Assembly (NCBI GenBank): GCA_951406725.2
Contig: OX597825.1
Span: 55,428,001-55,492,000 of the forward strand
DNA: 64,000 bases
Reading direction: 5' to 3'
From: Octopus vulgaris
Taxonomy: Eukaryota
Shown: positions 53,346 through 64,000 of the stretch, piece by piece
Layout of the letters: every line of letters begins with the position of its first letter
Position numbering within the stretch: position 1 is the stretch's first letter
Translations under genes and position numbers: made by a program
Notes under the pieces: generated by a model
What the model saw: the letters and a program-made list of their open reading frames with translations, nothing else
Told to the model about the DNA's origin: nothing
Databases searched by the model: none

Positions 53346-54291
53346 TTCATTGACTTAAATTGCTTTCATCTGGGCAAAAATATCAAAAAGCATGTTATTC
53401 TAATTAGTTTTAAAGTTAGTTCTGTTGTTCAAATCTTCATTGTGTCTGCTAATAGCAAGTGATTTCTGCTTGTCAAGCACTAAATCGATTCTACCTGCTT
53501 TTTCAAATTGTTTAAAATTAACGTAGACTTGTAAATGGATAAATTGACTTTTCATGGCGAGCTATAGATTCATTGCAGTATGCAGGTTATTTTAATCGTC
53601 ATATCCTTTATTAACTGAACTCTAAACTGAATTTTCATTCGAAAATAGTAGACATCATCAACAATACAATTTATTATTAGAAACATTTCCATTTAACCAT
53701 TTGCAAGTTACAGTTCAAAGTTAAATGTTCTCCTATAGCTTTTGTTTACTTTCATCAAGTTTAATGATGACTGTCAGTCATGTTGTTTTTCTATAAGAAG
53801 AATGAACTAAAATGTTTTACGAAACTCACTGAAAAAAAATTTACAGCCATTGAAAGGTAATAAGTATTGCAAATAATACTAGCCAAAAGTACACGCTTAT
53901 CAACCCCTCAACGAAACAATAAAAGAAACTTCAAACGACAAAGTAACTTAGAATAGTTTCAAAAAATAACGTAAAATAATTTCTGAGCATTAGTTACAAA
54001 ATAATTTGTTGTCTACCTTTCAATGAAAAGCAGACGATATCTTTATATCTATCGGCTGTAAAGCGAACTCTGTTTCATTAAGTCGATACTCACCAACTGG
54101 TAGTAAAGCTGACTGACTGACTAGCTTTTAGAACAGGCATGGGCAAAATTTTCGAGAAATGAGTCGCATGAGCCGTGGTTCATCATTAGGCGCGCTGCCT
54201 TACTTAGACGGTTCAAGGTAACTTTTCGTTAGGCACGCCATTCAGAAACTCTCGCAGGCTGCAATTTGTCGTCGACTGGTATAAGAGATAA

Positions 54292-54522
54292 GGCGGAGAG
54301 CTGGCAGAAACGTTAGCACGTCGGGCGAAATGCTTATCGGTATTTCGTCTGCCGTTACGTTGTGAGTTCAAATTCCGCCGAGGTCGACTTTACCTTTCAT
54401 CCTTTCGGGGTCGATAAATTAAGTACCAGTTACGCACTGGGGTCGATGTAATCGACTTAATACCTATGTCTGTCCTTGTTTGTCCCCTCTATGTTTAGCC
54501 CCTTGTGGGTAATAAAGAAATA
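54292..54522 (+). mobile_element. Young full-length family-A SINE with perfect 14-bp TSD
   Basis: TSD GGTATAAGAGATAA at 54278-54291 and 54523-54536. A-box and B-box-like motifs and CpGs intact. Confidence 0.95.
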
Positions 54523-54844
54523 GGTATAAGAGATAACTTCGATAGTGCGTACCTTATACTTGTAGCTGGCTTAAAGCAAGCTATGGGTAGATTTCTAGTT
54601 TTTTTTGTATCTTTTTGTTTCTTTACAAAAGTTTTCGGTACATCTTACATAGAGGTAACGGCGTTCATAAACATGTAGGTGTGTGCATACATACATTATT
54701 ATAAATCGATCGCATCAATTTCACTAATCAGTTTTGCACATGAGTTAAGTGATAACTTAAGATGACGCTGGTCAGAACAGTTGGCATGAAAATATGGCGA
54801 CGGCTCTCTATTACAGGAAGTCAGTAGGTGCTGTGAAAAAAGTA

Positions 54845-55352
54845 CCGTAAATCCTCGAGTATAATCCGTATTTTTTTCCCAAAATTTAAAGGTCAAAATC
54901 CCTAGGGCGTATTATACACGAGGTTAAAAATGAAAAATATTTTCTAAGCAATGTCCGAGTCTCTATTTGCTGTCTGGCAATGTTTACTCAGACATTTTGT
55001 GATGTCGGGCGCGAAAATACCTTAAGCTAAGCCTGAAAGCCATGAAGTCATAAAAGAATCATCCATAACTCGCAGTAAGCAACATTTATTAAACGTTATT
55101 ACTGTTATTTCTTTACTTTCTGCAAACAAAATGCACAAAAAAGCTACACGTTTGCATTATGTTATATATACAATAATAATAAAGGACATTACCGTATAGT
55201 TTTACAAACCAAGGACGTTATATAGACCTCATTGACTCAAGTTAGAGAAGGGGTGCGTGTTATACACAAGGTTCAAGTTTTTCAGAGGTACAGCCCCCTA
55301 GAAATCCCCTGCGTATTATACTCAAAGGCGGACTATACTCGAGGATTTACGG
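54845..55352. mobile_element. pogo/Tc2-like MITE with 24-bp TIRs and TA TSD
   Basis: TA|ccgtaaatcctcgagtataatccg ... cggactatactcgaggatttacgg|TA. Three internal gcgtattatac-like subterminal repeats. Confidence 0.9.
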
Positions 55353-56706
55353 TACAGAACGAACACAAAACCCATTCATAACCAATGAATCTATAATACT
55401 ACATCATATGAATATTAATATACCCACTCTACTGATTGATGTCATTTCCTTGACCTTGGCGTATAAAAAAAATCGTTCTCAGAGAAAGGGAACCGCCTTC
55501 CATCTATGTATCTTTTCGGAGATACACAGACACAATGCCGCATCTCTGTTGGCAACGTCAGTACAAATTGCCACGAATTATGATTTTTTTTTTCTATGGC
55601 ATGTCCTTTATTACAAATCTTTCATAGTATTATTCCTTTCTCTTGGAAGAAATATGCTGTATCATTTTCCATCAAACAGGAAATGTTTAAAGTCATGGCC
55701 ATCCCGTCACTGTTCTAAAATCTCTATACTCTTCTCAAATCGAAATTCCTATAATTATTAACGAACAATTATGAAACATGTGATGGTTACCCTCCTTGTG
55801 CGCATGTGCAACATCTTTGGTTACTACGAAAACAGAGTTCTTTGCTTGCTATGCTAACAGGACTTGACGGTGATGTGTAAAATACTCGCTTCTGATTGGC
55901 TAAAATACCTAAATTTTGCAAACTTTAAAGGCTAATAACTTTTTAATTCTAAATTTATGGGGAAAACGAATTTTATAATTAGTATACAAAACTTAATTCA
56001 TATACCAAATTTAAAAACAACTGAGATAAAACTGTAGATAGTGACTCAAGCCACAAAGATTCCTAAATAACAGCATTTTTAAAACATTAATTTCTAATAC
56101 TGGCACAGATATGAAGGGAATATTACAGTTGATTATATCGACCATAGAACACGATTTGTACTTCACTATACTGACCCTAGAAAAAAAATGTTCTTTGACT
56201 CCAGTAGGATTTGATCACAGAATTAAAAGAAATATGATTGAATGACGCAAAGCATTTGTTCCGATGTTCTAAAGGTTTTTGTCAATCTACCCCCATTATT
56301 TTCAGGGCAAGGACAGAAGTATGGTATTTATTTAATCTAAGGATGAAAGACTTGTTTGTCTACCTCAGTACAACACAGATTTCAAGAAATTGGCATCAAT
56401 CTCCCTGAACTCTACGATGGTACGAATATCGTTTCTGCAGCGTGAGAGGTGGGGGATAGAAAATCTGATTGATTGTCAGTGTGCCAGGAAAAGCTATTTC
56501 AGCCAAACACACATTAGTTGCAATGTGTAAGCAATTAAATATTTACTAGAAAATAGCTAAAACAATTTAATGAAGTGATTTAACGAATCCTACTGGATTT
56601 TCCTTGCGTTATGTAATCCGAGCGGTTGTGCCGTCATCGTTTTTCAGAGAAATCAAAACAAAACAGGAAATCTGTGTCACTATGGCTCATTGACTGAGAT
56701 GTTGTT

Positions 56707-56806
56707 NNNNNNNNNNNNNNNNNNNNNNNNNNNNNNNNNNNNNNNNNNNNNNNNNNNNNNNNNNNNNNNNNNNNNNNNNNNNNNNNNNNNNNNNNNNNNN
56801 NNNNNN
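56707..56806. other. Assembly gap (100 N)
   Basis: Run of exactly 100 N, typical of an unsized scaffold join. Confidence 0.99.
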
Positions 56807-57549
56807 TAAATGGTTAACTACATCTTGAAGTCTGACATCCATGTTGGTAATCACGGTCTGAGCCATATTTTACATATTTAATTTGGTTGAGTAAAGTGTC
56901 CAATCGTTTCCTAGCAACTTTTGTAAGACATAATGCCCTTGTTGACCTCTAAAACATTGCACTGTAAACAATGTTACTAATTTTATCATTTTCACCTCAT
57001 GTTCTGAAATTCCTCTGCCCTTTCCCACCAACACCTGCTTCATTTATGTGGAAGGGTGTGGAAGAAGGGTTGGTGGGTTGTGTTATTGTTGTTACTGTTG
57101 TTGTTGTAGTAGTTTATTGGTAATTAAACTTAATTTGCAACACCTGTACATATTTATCACCTTTGTTTTTGTTGGTAATTCTTATCAACAACTTTTCCTG
57201 TGATCATGATTTGAGAAGACATACAGCAGTATGCTAAAGATTGGACAAAATCTCTTTTGGGCAAGAAATGTAAAATAAAGTTTATTATAAACAACACAAA
57301 AATTTTGTAATTTAATAGCTTTTAATGTGATGCCTATTAAACAGAAATTATTTTTATTTAATGAATATTTAATAAAATATAATCCTAAGTAAGTAAAATT
57401 ATGCTAAATACAATTAAATTGAAAGCCTTTTTTTCCTGGCCATCTCGGCAATTTGGAAAACTTTTGGATGTGAATTTTACACGAGTAGAAGCATTTTTTA
57501 ACAATTTTTATCCTGAAAATCACCTGCGTAAATTACATGGAGTTTTATG

Positions 57550-58378
57550 GTAAATCAGTTTATAACAGGAATTTTGTATCATAGAACCGAAGATGGGCTC
57601 ATGCAGGCTGGCATTAAAAGGTTTGACCTTTTTGTTACTACATTTCTGTTGCAATACATGATGTTTGTTTCAATTCATTTTGAAAATAACGAAGAATTTT
57701 GTAAAATAAATTTGATATTATTGACTTTGGAATATAAATTGACATGAAATTTTGATGGAAGATTTTAATTTAAATCAATTCACAACCGGAATTTTGTATC
57801 ATAGAACCAAGGACAGGTTCATGCAGGCTGGTATTAAAAGGTTTGATTCTTTTATTACCATATTTCTGTTAAAGTACAGTCCCTTGGTTTCAACCAATTT
57901 TGAAAATAATGAAGAATTTAATACAATATCATTTTTGAGTTGGTGATTGGAATATAAATTGACATAAAATTTTGATGGAAGATTTTAATTTAAATTTGTT
58001 TACAACAGGAAGTTTGTATCATAGAACCAAGGATGGATTCATTCAGGTTGGTATTAAAAGCTCTGACCCTTTTGTTACCATATTTCTAATGAAATACACT
58101 ACTGCTTTTCAATTCAATTTAAAGATAATTCTTTTATTCTTTTACTTGTTTCAGCCATTTGACTGTGGCCATACTGGAGCACCACATTTAAGGATTTTTA
58201 GTTGAGTAAATCAACCTCAAGACTTATTCTTTGTAAGCCTAGAACTTATTCTATCGGTCTCTTATGCCAAACTGCTAAGTTACAGGGATGTAAACACACC
58301 CACATCAGTTGTCAAGTGATGGTAGGGGGACAAACACACGCACAAAGACACACCCATATACTTATATACATATATATG

Positions 58379-58418
<40 letters not shown>

Positions 58419-58690
58419 GCTCCTTTCAGTTTCCGTCTACCAAGTCCACTCACAAGGTTTTGGTTGGCCTGAGGCTATAGTTAAAGGCACTTGCCCAAGG
58501 TGTCACATAGAGGGACTGAACCCAGAGCCATGTGGTTGGGAAGCAAGCTTCTAACCACATAACCACACCTGTACCTATATGAAGAATTTTGTAAAAATAA
58601 CTTTATTATTGACTTCGGAACATAAACTGACTTGAAATTTTGATGGAAAACTTTAATTTAGATCCCATTAAAACAAAGTTTATATGATAG
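57550..58690. repeat. Tandem array of ~220-bp TTAA-type MITE units interrupted by a family-B SINE (58131-58572, -)
   Basis: Unit junctions attaaaaggtttgacctttttgttac at ~57615, ~57835 and ~58055. Same family as 27504-27730. Confidence 0.8.
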
Positions 58691-59017
58691 TACGAGGAAG
58701 GAGTTGTTCACACTATAACGATTTTTGACCAACTAATTCTCTCAGCTTTCTTGTACTCTGGTTTTCAAACTGGTTACCAGTACATCCTTTTAGATCGCTT
58801 TTCCTTAGCCACCTCTAGCTGTTGGTCTTGTCTTTTTCTTCCATTTTTCTAAGGTATTACCCATGCATCAGTTTCATTTCCCAGTTGTTTAATCTTTGTT
58901 CTTCATCTTGTTTCTTAAATGTATCAATCAAGAAACAGACTTGCTGAAATCAATGAGCCCCTGCCCCTGCCAAAAAATTTTAGGCCTTGCACCTGTAGTA
59001 GAAAGAATTATTATTAT

Positions 59018-59460
59018 TCTTTTCTACTCTAGGCACAAGGCCTGAAATTTTTGAGGGGTGGGGGGGGGCAGTCGATTAGATCGACCATGCAACTGATACT
59101 TAATCTATCAACCCCAAAAGGATGAAAGGCAGAATCAACCTTGGCAGAATTTGAACCAGAACGTAAAGACAGATGAAATACTACTAAGCATTTCGCCTGA
59201 CATGCTAATGCTTCTGCCAGTTTGCCGCCTTAAAAGAATTATTGTTATCATCATTATTATTATTAAGGCAGCAAGCTGACAGAATCATTAGTGTGCCAAG
59301 TGAAGTGCTTAGCAGCTTTTCCTCCATCTTTAAGTTCTGATTTCAAATTCTGTTGAGGTTGGCTTTGCCTTTCATCATTTCAGAGTTAATAGAATCACTG
59401 GGGTCTATGTAATTAAATTACCCCTTCCCCTAAACCACTGGCCTGGTGCCAAAATTTGAT
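59018..59460. mobile_element. Two family-A SINEs head-to-head (59018-59230 on -, 59266-59460 on +)
   Basis: Both match the 54292 copy and are separated by a ~35-bp (att)n spacer. Confidence 0.8.
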
Positions 59461-59569
59461 CTTGTCATCATCATCATTATCATTTCATTTGTTGTATCTG
59501 GAGGAAAGAGCTGTTTCCATAACCTTTACAGGCCCGTTGAGACCTTTTTAACCGTTGAGCTTGATAACC

Positions 59570-59900
59570 TTCATGTTCTGTTTAAACTGTTACACAAAAT
59601 ACATGAGCTGGACGAAAACTCCAGAGAGATGATATTCTGTGAAGGTATAGTGGTTGCTGGTAGTGAGAGGCCATCAGGGCTAGATGCAACAAGGATGCTC
59701 AGCTGTGGAGAGATGAATGGGTCCAGGGAGCCTGGGTGGTTGAGGTATGAGCAGGCCAAAGTTAAGTGTTTAGAGTTATGAGATCAGCCAGTTCCAAGGG
59801 ACAGAGGTCATTATGGTAGCAATAGAAAACAAAGAGAGCAGAGACAGTTTGCCTGTGGGCCAGAGGCTGTTGTATGTCCATTAGTGATTGAGTACCAATC
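59570..59900 (-). mobile_element. Decayed CR1/Jockey-group LINE 3' end
   Basis: Minus-strand QPLAHRQTVSALFVFYCYHNDLCPLELADL and RISSLWSFRPAHVF resemble QPL.HRR.V.SL..FYRYY...CS.EL and RTS.LWN.LP..VF. Confidence 0.65.
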
Positions 59901-60960
59901 AGTTAAGTGATCCTTTTCTGGATTTTGCTGCTGTTTAGCCCCAAGTCAGACTTAATTGAGCAAACTTATGATTATGGGCATTCCAACAATGACCATCCTA
60001 TCTTTGTCTTTTTTTATAAAAAACATAAAAAACAGGAAATTATTCGAGGTTTAATTTGACAGCTACTTCAAGCAAACCAAACAATTGTGTGGGAGTACGG
60101 GTTACTTCATTCACTCATATTTAGAATAAATCTTCAGTTTAGTTCTTTTTCAATAAACAGGAAACCCATTTAAGGTGACAGCTGCTCTGTTAATTACTGA
60201 TTGGCCAATTAGCTATTCTCAACAATGCTTAATTGCATGAGGACCATTAAATCAGGTATCTGTATGGCATTATTAGAATCTATATATTATTTCATATATA
60301 CATAAATGTATAAATTCAAAACTCGTATGCATGTGTGTTTGAATGTGTATGTATGTGTGTATATACACATATGGGTATATATTGAATATGTATTTGGGGT
60401 AAATGACTCAAGGTAAGCTGATTAACATAATTGGGAGAATTTATAATATAAGCTGTTACATAAGTTTATTAAATTGAAATTTCATGCCTTTATCCAGCCA
60501 TGTCCAACCTCATTATATGCAATCTGTTTTAATTCATGACCAGCCAGAGCTAACCTGTAACACATACTCTACAGTGTCTTTCTAGAAGTATACAATTACA
60601 TCATCAAAATTTTAAACCATTGCTGCTGAATGTTTTTTGTCTGCTATTGGTACTCTTTTGGGCCTTGTTTGGCATGATATGTCAATACAAAAAGCTTTCT
60701 CAAGATGATTACTGCAGTTTTGTGGCTTTCTGTAAGCATTAAGTAAGATGTACAGATGAATATTCTGAATCAATATTGTTTCTGTCTCTATCAGTGAATT
60801 TTTACCCAGCTTGCCAGTTATTTGTGACACCAATGATTTCTTAATCAGTGTTTTTCTATATCAGGAGGGATTAAATCTGTCTGAGCATGTCATTAATAGC
60901 GGATACTTGCTGCTGATGTATTTCCATGCTTGTTAGCACAATAATTGAGACACAGGAATG

Positions 60961-61004
<44 letters not shown>

Positions 61005-61011
61005 CATACAT

Positions 61012-61056
<45 letters not shown>

Positions 61057-61214
61057 CAGGGTGGGCCAAAAGTCACTCATAAAATAAGTTCAATATGCTT
61101 AAGAATTGTCAAAGACATGCTTCAGTTTTCCCAAAATTGAGTAAATATAATAAAATCATAATCAATACACACATACTTGTATATGAAGAACAAAATGAAT
61201 AATAGTAATAATAA

Positions 61215-61425
61215 TCCTTTCTACAATAGGCACAAGGCCTGAAATTTGGTGGAGAGGAGACTAGTTGATTATGTTGACCCCAGTGTTTCACTGATAATTA
61301 ATTGAACCCGAAAGGATGAAAGGCAAAGTCGACCTTGGCGGAATTTGAACTCAGAACGTGCAGATGGATGAAATGCTACTAAGTATTTTGCCCAGTGTGC
61401 TAACAATTCTGCCAGCTAACCACCT
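61215..61425 (-). mobile_element. Family-A SINE
   Basis: Colinear with 4054-4269. Confidence 0.85.
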
Positions 61426-61473
<48 letters not shown>

Positions 61474-61883
61474 TTAGAAGTAGACAAACAGAATAGAAGC
61501 CTCATTTAGTAGTAGTAAACAAAGAGAATAGAAAGTGCCAAATAATTGACTTTATAGATGCAAATTATGAGAAAGTCAATATGAGAAGTATAAACAAAAT
61601 AGCAAAGTACTAGGGCATAGCCATTGAATTACAGAGACTATAGAACGTGCAGGTAAAATGTATCCTTGTAGTTATAGGTGCATTAAGAACTATCCCAAAA
61701 GATTTGAACAGATGGATAGAGGAAATAGGCAAAAAACCCAGATTAGTACAGCTCCAGAAAACAGTGTTGTTAGGGACAGCTAGAATACTTTGGAGGGTTT
61801 TTGGTATTTAAGGTTTCTTGAAACCTGATGTAAGGAATTTTTTTCTTTTTCCAACAGTTTAATATCTGTTGTGTGCATATGAA
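61474..61883 (+). mobile_element. 5'-truncated R4/Dong-like retrotransposon 3' end flanked by (TAA)n
   Basis: Decayed VVVNKENRKCQIIDF / VIGALRTIPKDL..WIEEIG / LQKTVLLGTARIL..VF. (AAT)n tracts on both sides. Confidence 0.8.
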
Positions 61884-61892
61884 ATAATAATG

Positions 61893-61925
<33 letters not shown>

Positions 61926-61928
<3 letters not shown>

Positions 61929-63051
61929 GAGCTCAATGCTAAAAACAAGATAATGGGTATTAACACTTTAGCCGTCCCAGTTATAAGTTACAGCTACAAT
62001 ATCCTTAATTGGACACTAAATGAACTAACGAAAATACACAGGAAAACAAGAAAAATAATGACAGGATCTAGGATGCACCACCCAAAATCTCATAGAAAGG
62101 CTATATATATAACGTATAGAACGTAGTAGAGGCCTTATACAGCTGGAAAACTATTACAAAATAACCACCATAGCACTGCAAAATACCTACTTCAGAAGCA
62201 AGGAAAACTAATACAAATAGCTACAAAACACGAGCAAAACAAAAAACTGTTTTCAGTATTTAAGGAAGCTGACAAAAACAAACAAGAAGTTATACTACTG
62301 AATAAATATGAAGAAGAAGAAAAAACAACAAAAGTTATAAAACAAATGAAATCTAAACTAAAACTAGAACAGCAACGGACCATGATAAAACGATGGCAAG
62401 AAAAGCCCCTTCATGGCAAATACTGGGCTAAACTAAATGCAAAAGAAATAGACAGAGAAAAATCCCAGCAATGGTTGAGAAGCTCAGGACTCAAAGCAGA
62501 GACTGAAGGATTTTTAATTGCAGCACAAGACCAAAGCCTCCCCACCAGAAATTACCAAAAACATTTTATGAAAAGAAACATAAGTAACTGCAGAATATGT
62601 GGAGATGGACAAGAAACAATAAATCATATTATCTCTGGCTGCCCAGTCCTGGCTAAGAAGGAATATATACACAGGCACGACAGAGTTGGGACCTCCATAT
62701 ACTGGAAGTTATGCCAACACTATGGAATAACAACAGAAAAAAGATGTTATAGGCACATTCCAGAAAAGATCACAGAAAACTAGAGAGTAACCACACTCTG
62801 GGATATGCCAATACACACAGACAGAGAAATTAAGGCCAATAGGCCAGATATAGTTGTCAGAGATCATGAAGGAAAAAAATGCTTTCTAATTGATGTATCA
62901 ACACCAGAAGATGACAACAATTCTCTAAAAGAAATGGAGAAACTTTCAAAATACAAAGACTTAGAAATAGAGGTGACTCGAATGTGAAATCTAAAAACAG
63001 AAACAATTCCTATCATAGTAGGTGCATTAGGTATGATAAAAAAATATTCAG
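61926..63051 (+). mobile_element. R4/Dong-clade non-LTR retrotransposon fragment (RT C-terminus, CCHC finger, RLE endonuclease), pseudogenised
   Basis: ELNAKNKIMGINTLAVPV; KPLHGKY; LKAETEGFLIAAQDQSLPTRNY; CRICGDGQETINHIISGC; RHDRV; NRPDIVV; KLSKYKDL; PIIVGALG. Stops and frameshifts are present. The 5' junction is in (TAA)n. Confidence 0.93.
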
Positions 63052-64000
63052 TAGTTGGTGTTAGGAAGGGCATGCAGCTGTAAAAATCCTGCCACAGCAG
63101 TCACAGAAGTCTGGTGGAGGCTTCTGCCTGGCCAACTCCTGTCAAACCATCCCACCCACATCAGCATGGAAGGCAGACATTAAACAATGATGATGATGAT
63201 ATACATATATATACATACATACATGCATGCATGCATACATAAATATATATGTATGTATATATATATATACATAAATACAAATATGAATATATATATATAT
63301 ATATATATATACTGTGTGATATGATTTTTGACAAGTACTATAATGCATGATCAGTTAAGAGAGTAAAGAAGCTTTGTGAAATGCAGCTATCCAGAGTTCC
63401 TTGGTGAAGTATGATTTTATTTTGCCATCCATCAAGCTGAGCCATCTAGAAACTAAATGTGGCTTCAATCATAGTTCCAAGCTTACAGGATCTCATCAGT
63501 ATTGTTGCTTGCTAGAGCAATGCATCTTTTCTCAGTTTACATATAAATCTAGCCAATATTCAGAATAAACCCTCTGGTGGTATGTAATTGGTGAATAGTA
63601 GGCAAGGAACATTACATGGACTCTTGAATGATTTAATTCTATAAAAGAAAGTATTTCTAGCTTTGTTTTAAAACAATTTGGAGGGAGTGGAGAAGTTTAA
63701 CGGTAGAGGAAACATGTTCAATTAACAATTGAGTTAAGCTTGTATGCTAACTCCAGCAGGATATAGCAGGATATAGCACTAAGATTGCATTCTAGAGCAA
63801 GGAGTAATATTAGCTTAGAGGTTCCAAAATACAGTATATTGAGAAAGCAGATAGATAGATCGATAGATAGATAGACTGACAGACAGACAGATAGGTAAGT
63901 CTGTATGTAGAAAGTGAAGAAGACAGACAATAAGTGAAAGCTTAAGAGAGAGAGAGAGAGGAATATCAGAAGAGAATGTGATATACATTGAGAAAGAGAG

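Noticed and set aside
54292-54380. tRNA-like A/B boxes
   Set aside because: These are SINE heads. No complete cloverleaf tRNA gene was seen in the window.
59532-59644. Apparent + strand exon (ctttacag...GAAG|gtatag) within ORF 59446-59781
   Set aside because: It overlaps the antisense strand of a decayed CR1-group LINE tail.

Overview
AT-rich, microsatellite-dense eukaryotic DNA. The repeat families (tRNA-derived and CORE-type SINEs, RTE-like tails ending in (GAT)n, long (TA)n/(CA)n tracts) match what I know of Octopus genomes. That assignment is inferred, not searched. No intact, recognisable host protein-coding gene is visible, and most ORFs in the supplied track are translated microsatellites. 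The window is mostly transposon debris: mariner (including two fold-back derivatives), a DD37D/maT element, hAT MITEs with 8-bp TSDs, a pogo/Tc2-like MITE, piggyBac-like TTAA MITEs, Merlin, CRE-like, R4/Dong, CR1-like and RTE-like fragments, and many SINEs. CpG is depleted over ~1-43 kb and beyond ~57.5 kb but retained over ~43.5-56.7 kb. This suggests a gene body on each side and an unmethylated promoter or intergenic zone, whose core near 49.4-50.1 kb is bracketed by two long palindromes. The most notable signal is a set of short microsatellite-embedded elements carrying minimal hammerhead-ribozyme cores of the Penelope-like/retrozyme type. One core at 40899-40936 looks intact, another at 13669-13755 is near-intact, and several families cluster at 13.6-15.3 kb as inverted repeats. 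Short unique islands with splice signals are listed as low-confidence exon candidates. A 100-N assembly gap lies at 56707-56806.
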